DNA from: an uncultured delta proteobacterium | Lineage (GTDB): Bacteria > Desulfobacterota > Binatia > Binatales > Binataceae | Length of the DNA stretch: 64,000 nucleotides | Direction: 5' to 3' | Assembly (NCBI GenBank): GCA_963842085.1 | Contig: CAWJET010000001.1 | Coordinates: forward strand, 2,912,001 to 2,976,000 | Part shown: positions 19,346 to 28,968 of the stretch, piece by piece | How positions within the stretch are numbered: the stretch's first letter is position 1 | How the letters are laid out: each line of letters opens with the position of its first letter | The notes under the pieces: model-generated | Databases searched by the model: none | Seen by the model: the letters and a program-made list of their open reading frames with translations, nothing else | What the model was told of the DNA's origin: nothing | Made by a program: the position numbers and the translations under genes

Positions 19346-19398
19346 GAATCGCCGGTCGTAAGTTCGACTCGTCAGGTGTGCCGATCGGCGAGGCTTCG

Positions 19399-20667
19399 AT
19401 GCTAAGCGCGCTGTACAATTTGCTGTGGTATCCGGCCCTGCCGTTTGCGCTGCTGGCCACGCATCCGGCGAATATGCGCGACTATCGCGAGCGCATGGGC
19501 CACTGTGATTTTCCGGATACCGCGGGCGCGCCGCGAATCTGGGTGCATGCGGCGTCGGTCGGCGAGATCGAGGCGATTCGGCCGGTCGCCAACGGTCTGC
19601 TCGAACTTCATCCGGGCGCGTTCATGGCAATCACCACGATGACGGCGGCGGGACGCGAGGCGGCCGAGCGCCGAATCCCGGGCGCCGCGGCGTGGATGCT
19701 GGCGCCGCTGGACAATCGGCGCGCGGTGCGCTCGTTCCTGGAGCGCATCCGGCCGAGGCTTGTGCTGATCACCGAAACTGAAATCTGGCCCAACTACTTC
19801 ATCGAATCCGCGCGGGCGGGCGCAACGGTTGCTGTTGTCAACGGCCGGATGTCCGAGCGCTCGTTGCGCCGTTACTTGCGCGCGCGCGGCCTGTTCGAAT
19901 ACGCGCTTGGCCAGGCGACCCTGATTCTGACGCAGAGCCATGAAGACGCGCAGCGTTACGCGAGGTTCGAGCTCGCGCCAAAGGTGATCGTCACCGGCAA
20001 TACCAAGATCGAAGCGGCGTACGCGGATCCGGCAAACGAAGAACCGATTCGTCCCGCGCTGCTGGCGTTTGCCCCCGGGCGGAAAATTTTTATCGCGGGC
20101 TCAACGGCGGCAGGCGAAGACGCCGTCATTGCAGACGCCTACCGCGAATTGCGCAAGGACTTCCCGCAGCTCGCGCTGTCGATAGCGCCGCGTCATCTCG
20201 ATCGCACGCCGCAGGTCGAAAACGCGCTGCGTGCGGCATCGCTCGAATATGTTAAAGCGTCGGAACTCAATTTATCGACCGCCGCGCGCGACGCGGACGT
20301 GCTGATTCTCGACACGATGGGCGAGCTGCGCAGCTTCTATCGCCGCGGCTCGATCGCGTTCGTCGGCGGCAGCCTCGCGCAGGGGCGTGGTGGGCAAAAT
20401 CCGGCCGAGCCGGCGTTGGCCGAAGTGCCGGTCCTGATCGGCCCGTATCACGAGAACCAGCAGCAGACAGTGGCGTCGCTGGTTGGTTCGGGCGGCGCGC
20501 GAATTGTCAAGGACGCGCGCGACATAGTCCGCGAAACTTCGAGCTGGCTCGGCGACGACGCCGCGCGGCAGGATGCAGGCCGGCGCGCACGCGCGTCCGT
20601 GAGCGCAGGGGCGGGCGGCGCGCAGCTCGCCTTGAAGCAGCTCGAAGCGCTCATTAGTCTCGGCTGA
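19399..20667 (+). CDS. waaA: 3-deoxy-D-manno-octulosonic acid transferase
   Basis: WVHAASVGE, ETEIWPN, APRH, DTMGEL, FVGGSL...GGQNPAEP. Confidence 0.95.
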   Translation: MLSALYNLLWYPALPFALLATHPANMRDYRERMGHCDFPDTAGAPRIWVHAASVGEIEAIRPVANGLLELHPGAFMAITTMTAAGREAAERRIPGAAAWMLAPLDNRRAVRSFLERIRPRLVLITETEIWPNYFIESARAGATVAVVNGRMSERSLRRYLRARGLFEYALGQATLILTQSHEDAQRYARFELAPKVIVTGNTKIEAAYADPANEEPIRPALLAFAPGRKIFIAGSTAAGEDAVIADAYRELRKDFPQLALSIAPRHLDRTPQVENALRAASLEYVKASELNLSTAARDADVLILDTMGELRSFYRRGSIAFVGGSLAQGRGGQNPAEPALAEVPVLIGPYHENQQQTVASLVGSGGARIVKDARDIVRETSSWLGDDAARQDAGRRARASVSAGAGGAQLALKQLEALISLG

Positions 20668-20670
20668 CCG

Positions 20671-21792
20671 ATGCCCCCGAGCCAGCCGAGTCCGAATCGC
20701 CCGCGAATCGAGCGATTGTGGCAGCGCGATCTCCCCGTTCGCATGCTTCCGGCGTGGGCCGGGCTCGCGGCTGCGGCGGGATTGTACCGAGTCGGCGTCG
20801 GCGCACGTCATCTCTACTGGCGCATGATGAAGCGGCGGTCACCGGTGCTGACCGTGAGCGTGGGCAATCTGAGCGTCGGCGGAACCGGCAAGACCCCTTT
20901 CACGTTGTTTCTCGCCAGGCGCTTGCAGAGCCACGGCCTGCGCGTCGCAATCGTGAGCCGGGGCTACCATCGCGCGCGATCCAGGGCGCGCGCCGAGCTG
21001 GTGGCTGACGGCGGCAGTCTGAAAGTCTCGCCGGAAGATGCAGGCGACGAACCGGCGATGATGGCAAAGTCGTTCACCGGTCCGATTGCGGTTGCGCGCC
21101 GGCGGCTCGACGGGATCGAGCTGCTGCGCAAGCTCGGCCCGCTCGACGCGGTGATCCTTGACGATGCCTTTCAGCACGTGCGTCTGAGTCGCGACGTGGA
21201 TCTCGTCCTGGTGAGCAACGAACTTGGCTTTGGCAATGGCTGGATGCTCCCGGCCGGGCCGATGCGCGAATCGCTCCGCGCGGCCGCTCGCGCGGACGCG
21301 ATCATCGTAATGCGCTCAGGTTCCGGCGCGTCGGCAATTCGGCCGTCGCAAATGAAGAAACTGACCGCGCGCAAGTTGCTGCATGCGTCAGTGCGGCCGC
21401 GCGCGTTCATTGTCACCGAAAACGGTGTGTGGCGCGAAACCCCGCTGGGACTGGGCGGACGGCGCGTACTGGCGGTCAGCGGCCTGGCGGATTCAAGCGC
21501 GTTCTACGCGATGCTGCGCGAACTCGACGCGGAGCTGGTCGGCGTTTTCGACTATCCGGACCATCACGCCTACACCAACGCCGACTGGCAGGCTATCGTG
21601 AATGCGATGCGCGACACCGGCCTGGTCATTACGACTGAGAAGGACCTGGTCAAGCTGGAGCGGTTTCCGTTCCCGCGCGATTCGCTATACGCTCTCAGGC
21701 TCGAAGTGACGATGGATGCCGCTGATGCGCGCGCGCTCGACGAGTTGATACTGGGGCGCATGACCGCGGCGGCGACGGCGGCTGATGCATAG
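20671..21792 (+). CDS. lpxK: Tetraacyldisaccharide 4'-kinase
   Basis: SVGNLSVGGTGKTP, SRGY, GDEP, LDDAFQH, LPAGPMRE, TTEKD. Confidence 0.95.
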   Translation: MPPSQPSPNRPRIERLWQRDLPVRMLPAWAGLAAAAGLYRVGVGARHLYWRMMKRRSPVLTVSVGNLSVGGTGKTPFTLFLARRLQSHGLRVAIVSRGYHRARSRARAELVADGGSLKVSPEDAGDEPAMMAKSFTGPIAVARRRLDGIELLRKLGPLDAVILDDAFQHVRLSRDVDLVLVSNELGFGNGWMLPAGPMRESLRAAARADAIIVMRSGSGASAIRPSQMKKLTARKLLHASVRPRAFIVTENGVWRETPLGLGGRRVLAVSGLADSSAFYAMLRELDAELVGVFDYPDHHAYTNADWQAIVNAMRDTGLVITTEKDLVKLERFPFPRDSLYALRLEVTMDAADARALDELILGRMTAAATAADA

Positions 21793-21825
21793 CAGGGAAA
21801 ATAAAGTGCTTGGAGGATTTCGGCG

Positions 21826-21996
21826 ATGGCGCTGAGTCAGGAATTGCTCGACATCCTGGCGTGCCCGAAATGCAAGGGCGAGCTGCATCTCAACGACAAG
21901 CAGGACGGCCTGGTCTGCGGCGCTTGCAGACTCGAGTATCCGGTGCGCGATGACATTCCAATCATGCTGATCGAGGAAGCCAAACCGATCGCGTAA
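21826..21996 (+). CDS. Trm112/YcaR family small protein (56 aa, below the ORF-track cutoff)
   Basis: SD GGAGG; MALSQELLDILACPKCKGEL...LVCGACRLEYPVRDDIPIMLIEEA; usual position after lpxK. Confidence 0.92.
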   Translation: MALSQELLDILACPKCKGELHLNDKQDGLVCGACRLEYPVRDDIPIMLIEEAKPIA

Positions 21997-22039
21997 CCTC
22001 GCCGCGGCGCGCGGCCAGCCTGCCTTCCGCAACGAAAAA

Positions 22040-23236
22040 ATGAAAAAGCTCGACGTGACGCGCGCCCGCCAGCTCGCATGGCTCGCGCTCGGCGCGTACC
22101 TCGTCGGGCTCGGCGTCTCGGCAACGCTTCGGTCGCAGGGCGACTTCAACGTCTACTATCGCGCCGGACATCGCGTCCTTCACGGCCGCGCGATCTATCC
22201 GCCCGGCGATTCCGATCGATTCCTCTACGCGCCGGTCTTCGCGATCGGGTTCGCACCGCTCGCGGCGCTGCCACACCATCTTGCGCAACTTGTCTTCTTC
22301 GCGGTCAACGCATTTTCGCTGATTGAATTTATTTCAGGCTCGGGCGTGATTCTGTTCGGCCGTGAACGGCAACTGCCGGCCGCGCTGCTCGTCGTCCCCG
22401 TGCTGCTGTCATTCCGATTCATCGACAACAACATCGAGCACGGCCAGATAAATCTCCCGACGCTGGCGCTGCTCGTGTGGGCGATCATTTACGCCGACGA
22501 GTCTCGCGATGCGTGGGCGGGCCTGATGCTGGCGGCGGCGATCCTCATCAAGCCGTTCGGATTGCTGGCCGCGCTTCATCTCGCGCTTCGCCGGCGCTTT
22601 GCTGCGCTGGGATGGGCTGTGGCGTCGGGAGTCGCCCTGATGGTCGTGCCAATCGTGATCTTCGGGCCGCGCGGATGGCTCGATCAGACCGGCGCATACG
22701 CGGCCGCAATCGCTTCGATGACGAATCGATATCGCACGATGCTCACGAATCAATCGGCCGTATCTGCGGTCGCGCGGCTGATGAGTCTTCGCGTCGGGAT
22801 TGACGCGGAAACGTCGGCAACCGCCGTGATTGTCGGCATGGGATTCGAGATAGTGCTCGTCGCCGCGGTGTCGCTGTGGGATTGGATGAGCAATGAGCAC
22901 AGGCGCGGAAACTTCGCAAGCCGCCTCGCGCTCTGCGGCTTGTTCTGCCTGATGCCCTCGTTCATGCCGATTTCGTGGAAAAGCTACTACGCGGCGATGC
23001 TCGTCCCGTACATGGCTCTGACCGCGGCGCTGTGGACCGATCGTGCGGCCGGCGAGAGCCCGTTGATTTCGGTGTGGACGCTATTCGCGCTTTCCGTTCT
23101 GCTCAATCTCGCGACCGGCAACTACTTGAACCGCGTCGCCCTCTTTTACTCGGCGCATTTCCTTTCGTCGTTGCTCGCCCTCGCTGCTCTTTTCGTTTTG
23201 TGGCTTCGAACTGTTGACGAGGCAGTCCAGGCGTGA
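22040..23236 (+). CDS. GT-C membrane glycosyltransferase, family 87 (DUF2029)-like
   Basis: DFNVYYRAG...FLYAPVFA, GQINL, AAAILIKP, NQS motifs; many TM helices. Confidence 0.8.
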   Translation: MKKLDVTRARQLAWLALGAYLVGLGVSATLRSQGDFNVYYRAGHRVLHGRAIYPPGDSDRFLYAPVFAIGFAPLAALPHHLAQLVFFAVNAFSLIEFISGSGVILFGRERQLPAALLVVPVLLSFRFIDNNIEHGQINLPTLALLVWAIIYADESRDAWAGLMLAAAILIKPFGLLAALHLALRRRFAALGWAVASGVALMVVPIVIFGPRGWLDQTGAYAAAIASMTNRYRTMLTNQSAVSAVARLMSLRVGIDAETSATAVIVGMGFEIVLVAAVSLWDWMSNEHRRGNFASRLALCGLFCLMPSFMPISWKSYYAAMLVPYMALTAALWTDRAAGESPLISVWTLFALSVLLNLATGNYLNRVALFYSAHFLSSLLALAALFVLWLRTVDEAVQA

Positions 23237-23976
23237 GACCGCCTTCGCAAATGAAGTGGCGCGTTGCTCCGGACTTCGCGGCGTTCAGGATTGGACGCCG
23301 CGAACTCGTGATTCATCGCGACCTTGCACCTCATGCCGCGCAAATCGTCCAGCAGCTCGGCGCGCTCACGTCCGCTGTGGAAGCGGGTGCGGGAAATCGA
23401 GGAAGCGCATTTCGGCTGGACCTCGGCGGCGGGCTCGAGCTGTTCGTGCGCCACGGCCGGCGCGGCGGAATGATCGCATCGATCCTTAGCGACATTTACG
23501 TGGGCACGACGCCGCGCCCCCTGACCGAAATTGCCGTGACGATCGAAGCGATGCGCCGGGGAGTTCCCGTCGCTGAGCCGATGGGCGCGATGGTCGAATG
23601 GATCGGCCCCGCTCTCTATCGTGGATTTTTTCTGACTCGTGCGGTGCGCGGAATGACGCTATGGGAATTCGTGAAGACCGACGACGATCCAACGGTTCGC
23701 GGTCACGTTCTCGCGCAGGCGCGCGCGGCGATCGATACGATGCACCAAAAGGGGCTCTTTCACGCCGATCTCAACCTGCACAACTTGCTGGTGACGCAAG
23801 CGCGCGAGAGTTTTACCGTGATTATCATCGACCTCGACAAGGCTCGCCTCTTCGACGCGCCGTTGTCGCCTGCGATGCGCCGCGCGAACTTGGCGCGCTT
23901 GATACGGTCTGCGCGCAAGCTCGATCCGTCCGGGCAATTTCTCGACGCATCCGCGCTGTCGATTCTGCAGGGGTGA
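23233..23976 (+). CDS. kdkA: Kdo kinase-like LPS kinase
   Basis: GNRGSA, VRHGRRGG, HADLNLHNLL, IDLDK, ANLARLIRSARK. Confidence 0.75.
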   Translation: MRPPSQMKWRVAPDFAAFRIGRRELVIHRDLAPHAAQIVQQLGALTSAVEAGAGNRGSAFRLDLGGGLELFVRHGRRGGMIASILSDIYVGTTPRPLTEIAVTIEAMRRGVPVAEPMGAMVEWIGPALYRGFFLTRAVRGMTLWEFVKTDDDPTVRGHVLAQARAAIDTMHQKGLFHADLNLHNLLVTQARESFTVIIIDLDKARLFDAPLSPAMRRANLARLIRSARKLDPSGQFLDASALSILQG

Positions 23977-24130
23977 CCCCTGCACCCAGTGTTAAGACAA
24001 AGAGATGCAGGACTTCGTCCCTGTTAGACGGGGTTGATCAAGAAAGCGCCAGCAGTGGTGCAGGAGGTCATGGCAGATTCTGGAAAAGGCTGACGGAGGC
24101 TTTGTTCTAAGGATTTTGCAGGCGGCCTGC

Positions 24131-24167
24131 TTGACCGCGGCGTTTAAACATTGTAGATACGTATCTA
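24131..24167 (+). promoter_or_regulatory. mazEF promoter with palindromic operator
   Basis: TTGACC (24131-24136), 17 nt spacer, TAGATA (24154-24159); perfect palindrome TAGATACGTATCTA 24154-24167 ending on the A of the mazE ATG. Confidence 0.7.
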
Positions 24168-24406
24168 TGCAAACGATTTCGAAGTGGGGCAATAGCCTTG
24201 CGGTGCGCATCCCTGCCGTGTTTGCGGAAACGGCCGGGCTTGAGGAGGGTACCGTGGTCGATCTGAAGGTTCGACGCGGCCGGCTGCTGGTAATTCCTGC
24301 TGAATCGCCCGCATACGATCTGCATCAACTCGTCAAGCGGCTTACGCCAAAGAACCGCCACCGATTGGTCGATTGGGGCAAGCCGATCGGCAAGGAAGCC
24401 TGGTAA
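24167..24406 (+). CDS. mazE: AbrB/MazE antitoxin
   Basis: MQTISKWGNSLAVRIP...HRLVDWGKPIGKEAW. Confidence 0.93.
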   Translation: MQTISKWGNSLAVRIPAVFAETAGLEEGTVVDLKVRRGRLLVIPAESPAYDLHQLVKRLTPKNRHRLVDWGKPIGKEAW

Positions 24407-24412
24407 TCAGCC

Positions 24413-24751
24413 ACGGCGAGATACGTTCCAGAACGCGGCGATTTTGTCGATTTGGATTTCGATCCCGCACTGGGACGAGAGCAGGCCGGCGCGCGTCCCG
24501 CCCTTGTACTGACTGAGGCTGCGTTCAACGCGAAAACAGATCTGGCGGTGGTGTGCCCGATCACGAGCAAAATAAAAGGTTATCCCTTTGAGGTCGTGAT
24601 TCCGGTCGGATTGCCGGTCAATGGCGCGATCCTGGTCGATCAATTGAAAACCGTCGATTGGAAAAGCCGCACGGCAAGACATCTCGGAAAATGTCCGAAG
24701 AACGCTGTTGCCGAAGTGGCGGCCAAACTTCGGGCGCTGCTCGGCCTGTAA
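24413..24751 (+). CDS. mazF: MazF/PemK endoribonuclease toxin (start appears to be ACG)
   Basis: RYVPERGDFVDLDFDPALGREQAGARPALVLT...CPITSKIKGYPFEV...DQLKTVDW. No ATG/GTG/TTG lies between the mazE stop and RYVP. Confidence 0.88.
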   Translation, partial: TARYVPERGDFVDLDFDPALGREQAGARPALVLTEAAFNAKTDLAVVCPITSKIKGYPFEVVIPVGLPVNGAILVDQLKTVDWKSRTARHLGKCPKNAVAEVAAKLRALLGL

Positions 24752-24829
24752 TGCAATGGCGCGGTTCAAAAGACCCTGGCCATTCCGAATCTGGAATGAT
24801 CCCGCTTCCCGCGAGCACGAATTCAGTTT

Positions 24830-25213
24830 TCAGTCACGCTTCAGCGCGAGCGCGTCTATCTCGATTCGCGCGCCGCGCGGCAGCGCCGCCACCTGCACCG
24901 TCGAGCGCGCCGGATACGGCGGGTCGAAGTGCTCGCCGTACACGCGGTTCACGATTTCAAATTCGGCGAGATCGACCATGAAGATTGTCGTCTTGACGAC
25001 ATCGACGAAATCCAGCCCGGCGGCGGCGAGCACCTCGCCAAGGTTCTGCAGCACGCGCCGGGTCTCGAATTCGATTCCGCCTTCGACGATCTTCCCCGAC
25101 GCCGGGTCGAGCGCGATTTGTCCCGAGCAGAAGACGATGCCGTTTTGCTCGACCGCCTGCGAATACGGACCAATCGCGGCCGGCGCATTCCTGGTGTGAA
25201 TCGAATTTTTCAT
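24830..25213 (-). CDS. ridA: RidA/Rid family enamine-imine deaminase
   Basis: APAAIGPYSQA, SGQIALDP, PARSTVQVAALPRGARIEIDA; TGATG coupling to spoT. Confidence 0.92.
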   Translation of the reverse strand: MKNSIHTRNAPAAIGPYSQAVEQNGIVFCSGQIALDPASGKIVEGGIEFETRRVLQNLGEVLAAAGLDFVDVVKTTIFMVDLAEFEIVNRVYGEHFDPPYPARSTVQVAALPRGARIEIDALALKRD

Positions 25214-27429
25214 CAATAGCGATTGCCGTTTTGCTGGCCGAGACGCGAGACGCGCATGACGCCGTCGATCGCGCCGATCGAGTTCATCAGGTTGTTCAAT
25301 TGGCGGGCGCTGGTCACGCTGACCTCGAAGACCGCGAGCGCACGCCCGTCGGCGCCGTGAGTCTTCACTTCGGCGGTCGATATATTCACGCCCGCCGAGG
25401 CGATCGCCTTGGTCATCGCGGCGAGTAGGCCCGGCTGATCGGCGCATAGCACTTCGAGCCGAATCGGCCGCGGCGCTTCCTCGCCGTCCTTCCACACCAC
25501 CGGCACGCGCCGCTGCGGATCGGTGTTGAGCGCATGCGGGCATCCAGCGACGTGCACCGTAACGCCGCGTCCGCGCGTGATGAAGCCGGTGATCGCCTCG
25601 CCCGGGAGCGGATTGCAGCATCGCGCGAATCGCACCAGCATGTCGCCGACGCCCGAGACCACCACCGCGCCGCTGGCGGACTTGCGCGCTTCCTTGGCGG
25701 CGCGTTCTCGCTGCGCCGGTCCCAGGGGAGTGGGCGGTTTCTCGGGACGATAGAGTTTCAGCTCGTCGGGGGTGAGAAGTTTCCCGAGCAACTGCGCAGG
25801 CGTGATTATTCCATAGCCGACTGCGGCCAGCAGGCCGTCGACGTCGCGCTGCGAGAACTCCCCCAGGACGCCGTCGAGCCGCTTGTTCGATCGAAGCTGC
25901 GTGACGCTGAGCTTGACCGGTTCGAGCTCGCGATCGATGAGCGATATTCCGAGGTCGCGCGAGCGTTCCGCCTGTTGATTGCGCAGCCATTGCCGGATGC
26001 GCGATTTCGCGCGCGCAGTGGCCGCGTAGTTCGTCCAGTCCTTGCCCGGCACCTGCTTTTCGGATGTCAGCACCTCGACCGTATCGCCCGAGCGCAGCCG
26101 GTAGCGCAGCGGCACCATCCGCCCGTTGACGCGCGCGCCCGCCAGATGGTTGCCGACCTGCGAATGGATCCGGTACGCGAAGTCGATCACCGTCGAGCCG
26201 AGCGGAAAATCGAACACGTCGCCCTTGGGCGTGAAGACGAAAACTTCCTCGGGAAACAGGTCGTCCTTGACCGTGGACAGAAATTCCTGCGGGTCCTTGA
26301 GATTCTGCTGCCATTCGATCAGCCGCCGCAGCCATGCAAACCGTCCCGTGTCCTTGAGCTCCTTGGGGTTGCCGTCCTTGTAACTCCAGTGCGCCGCGAT
26401 TCCTTCCTCGGCCACCTTGTGCATCTCGCGCGTGCGAATCTGCACTTCCATCCGCTGGCCGCGCGGGCCGATCACGGTGGTGTGCAGCGACTGGTACATG
26501 TTGGCCTTGGGCAGCGCGATGTAATCCTTGAAGCGGCCGGGAACCGGCTTCCAGTTGGCGTGCACTACCCCAAGCGCCTCGTAACATTCGCGCACCGTGT
26601 CCACGATGATGCGGAACGCGACCAGGTCATAGATCTCCTCGAAGCTCAGCCCCAGCTCCTGCATCTTGGAGTGAATCGAATAGAAATGTTTGGGCCGGCC
26701 CGTGACCTCGGCCGTCACCCCGCCGTCGGACAGGCGGCGCGAGAGAATCTCGATGACGTTGGCGATGTACTCTTCGCGCTCTTTGCGCTTGGCCGCGACA
26801 AACGCCTTGAGCGTCTGGTACGCGGTCGGATTCAGGTAGCGAAACGACAGGTCCTCGAGCTCCGACTTGAGCCAGTAGATTCCGAGGCGATGCGCGATCG
26901 GCGCGTAAATCTCCATCGTCTCGCGCGCGATTTCCTGCTGCCGCTCGGCGGCGAGATGATCGAGCGTGCGCATGTTGTGCAGCCGGTCGGCGAGCTTGAT
27001 CAGCACGACCCGGATGTCGTTCGCCATCGCGATGATCATCTTGCGGAAATTCTCGGCCTGCTTTTCCTCGCGGCTCTGGAACGTGATCTTCGAGACCTTG
27101 GTCACGCCGTCAACCAGTTGCGCGACCTCGGGACCGAATGCCATCTGCACCTCCGCCAGCGACGCCTGCGTATCCTCGACGACGTCATGCAGCAGGCCCG
27201 TGACGATCGACGGCACGTCGAGCTTGAGCTGCGCGATGATCATCGCGACGTTGAGCGGATGGGTGACGTAGGGCTCGCCCGATTCGCGCTTCTGATGGAG
27301 ATGCATCCGCGCCGAGTAATCGTACGCGCGCCGGATAAGGCCAATGTCGGCCTGCGGGTTATAGGTTTGCACCCGCCCGACCAGGCCGGCCAGTTGGTCG
27401 GGAGTACTGCTTTGCGCTAGCTCTTCCAC
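25213..27429 (-). CDS. spoT: Bifunctional (p)ppGpp synthetase/hydrolase (long RSH)
   Basis: Intact HD (LLHDVVEDT), ADRLHNMRTL, YQSLHTT, GIAAHWSYK, TGS, CC zinc motif, ACT domain. Confidence 0.96.
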   Translation of the reverse strand: MEELAQSSTPDQLAGLVGRVQTYNPQADIGLIRRAYDYSARMHLHQKRESGEPYVTHPLNVAMIIAQLKLDVPSIVTGLLHDVVEDTQASLAEVQMAFGPEVAQLVDGVTKVSKITFQSREEKQAENFRKMIIAMANDIRVVLIKLADRLHNMRTLDHLAAERQQEIARETMEIYAPIAHRLGIYWLKSELEDLSFRYLNPTAYQTLKAFVAAKRKEREEYIANVIEILSRRLSDGGVTAEVTGRPKHFYSIHSKMQELGLSFEEIYDLVAFRIIVDTVRECYEALGVVHANWKPVPGRFKDYIALPKANMYQSLHTTVIGPRGQRMEVQIRTREMHKVAEEGIAAHWSYKDGNPKELKDTGRFAWLRRLIEWQQNLKDPQEFLSTVKDDLFPEEVFVFTPKGDVFDFPLGSTVIDFAYRIHSQVGNHLAGARVNGRMVPLRYRLRSGDTVEVLTSEKQVPGKDWTNYAATARAKSRIRQWLRNQQAERSRDLGISLIDRELEPVKLSVTQLRSNKRLDGVLGEFSQRDVDGLLAAVGYGIITPAQLLGKLLTPDELKLYRPEKPPTPLGPAQRERAAKEARKSASGAVVVSGVGDMLVRFARCCNPLPGEAITGFITRGRGVTVHVAGCPHALNTDPQRRVPVVWKDGEEAPRPIRLEVLCADQPGLLAAMTKAIASAGVNISTAEVKTHGADGRALAVFEVSVTSARQLNNLMNSIGAIDGVMRVSRLGQQNGNRY

Positions 27430-28061
27430 GGCGCGAATTCGCCGCGCAGGCGGCCGACCCTCAGCCGCTCCGCGTTTACGATCGTTTCGAGCCGCGCGAC
27501 CGATTTGGAAATCTCGGCGTTGACTATCAGGTAGTCGTATTCGGGATAGGCCCGGGCTTCGACGCGGGCCTGGTCAAGACGGTGCTGGATCTTCGATTCT
27601 TCCTCGGTGGCGCGCCCGCGCAGACGCCCTTCGAGTTCGGCGAGCGTGGGGGGCAGCACAAATATGCCGACCGCGTCGCGCGGATAGTTTGCCCGAATCT
27701 GCCGTGCGCCCTGAATGTCGATATCGAGCAGGATGTCGCGCCCCGCTCCGATCGCGGCGTCGAGCGGTGCCCGCGGCGTGCCGTACGAGGACTCGAACAC
27801 ACGCGCCCATTCGGCAAGTTCGCCGGATGATTGCCTGCGTTTGAACTCTTCTTCGCTCACGAACCTGTAGTCGACTCCGTCCGCCTCGCCTTCTCGCGGC
27901 GCGCGCGTGGTCAACGACACCGAAAACTCCAGCCCCGCGATCGCGTTGAGCGCCGCGCGATAAATCGTGGTCTTGCCCGCGCCCGAAGGCGCCGAGAGGA
28001 TGAAGATTATACCGCGCCTCGGCGGCAAAGAATCATCTGATTGCAAGGGTATCGAAGCCAT
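27417..28061 (-). CDS. gmk: Guanylate kinase
   Basis: SAPSGAGKTT, TTRAPREGEADGVDY, YGT, LDIDIQGA. Confidence 0.96.
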   Translation of the reverse strand: MASIPLQSDDSLPPRRGIIFILSAPSGAGKTTIYRAALNAIAGLEFSVSLTTRAPREGEADGVDYRFVSEEEFKRRQSSGELAEWARVFESSYGTPRAPLDAAIGAGRDILLDIDIQGARQIRANYPRDAVGIFVLPPTLAELEGRLRGRATEEESKIQHRLDQARVEARAYPEYDYLIVNAEISKSVARLETIVNAERLRVGRLRGEFAPWKS

Positions 28062-28092
28062 TAGCCGGGTGCAAAGGCCCTTCTACTATACC

Positions 28093-28968
28093 TTATTCGA
28101 CGTTCTGGACCTGCTCGCGCATCTTTTCCGCCTCCGCCTTAACTTCAACCGTTACTTGAGATAACGCCGCGTTCTGCGACTTCGACCCCATCGTATTTAC
28201 TTCGCGGTTGATTTCCTGCAGCAGAAATTCAATCGATTTCCCCACCTGCCCCTTGCGCTTGAGCAGCGTCTTGAGGCCGTCGAGATGCGTCCGCAGACGC
28301 GTGATTTCTTCACTGATATCGCCGTGCTGCGACGCCGCCGACGCCTCCTCGTAGAGGCGCTTCTCGTTGACCGGCAAGTCTTCCAGGAGTTCGCGGATGC
28401 GCTTGTGAAAATTTTCCATGATTTCCGCGCGCGTCTGCTCGGCCAGCCGTTCTATCTTCGGTACCGCCGCTTCGATCTTGCGAACCCGCGCCGCGAAATC
28501 GTTGTGCAGGCTGCGGCCTTCGCGCACGCGCTCGGCCTCCAGCGCTTTCAACGCGCCAACCAGCGCCTTGTGGCCGAGGGCGAACGCCGCTCGCGAGTCG
28601 TGTTCTTCCTCGACGACGTGAAAGATTTCAGGCCGATTCAAGATCGATCCAATTTCCGGATCGCCCCCCAGACGAAGCTGCTTGCCCAGGCGGCGCAGTT
28701 CGGCAACGTACAAATTCGCCAGCCGGTCGTTCACCTCGAGCCGCACCGGCGGAGGCTTCAGCGCGACCGACTTGATAAAAATTTCGACTCGCCCGCGCGC
28801 CACGACGTTCTGCACCGTCTTGCGAATCTCCGCCTCATGCTCGCCCCATCCGCGCGGCACTGCCAGCTTCAGTTCGAAAAATCGCTGGTTGAGTGCGCGC
28901 ACTTCGGCAATCACGCGAGTGCCGTCATGCTCGGCGATCGCCCGGCCGAACCCGGTCATGCTTTTCAT
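28093..28968 (-). CDS. yicC: YicC/YloC family endoribonuclease
   Basis: MKSMTGFG start, DISEEITRL, FLLQEINREVNTMGSK, EKMREQVQNVE end. Confidence 0.95.
   Translation of the reverse strand: MKSMTGFGRAIAEHDGTRVIAEVRALNQRFFELKLAVPRGWGEHEAEIRKTVQNVVARGRVEIFIKSVALKPPPVRLEVNDRLANLYVAELRRLGKQLRLGGDPEIGSILNRPEIFHVVEEEHDSRAAFALGHKALVGALKALEAERVREGRSLHNDFAARVRKIEAAVPKIERLAEQTRAEIMENFHKRIRELLEDLPVNEKRLYEEASAASQHGDISEEITRLRTHLDGLKTLLKRKGQVGKSIEFLLQEINREVNTMGSKSQNAALSQVTVEVKAEAEKMREQVQNVE

Noticed and set aside
24167-24751. MazE-MazF read-through fusion
   Set aside because: The frames are continuous, but TAA is the least leaky stop and mazE ends at its canonical W; an ACG start is the simpler explanation.
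24830-26587. 585-aa ORF ending in RidA, and similar apparent fusions (28965-31148, 33147-34631, 37795-39159, 55065-56003, 56977-58488)
   Set aside because: The upstream parts are off-frame readings through neighbouring genes, expected at high GC; each real gene has its own coupled start.
25534-27420. Long antisense ORFs (also 44948-47260, 35837-37099, 7116-8396)
   Set aside because: Mirror frames of strongly codon-biased genes, with no recognisable motifs.
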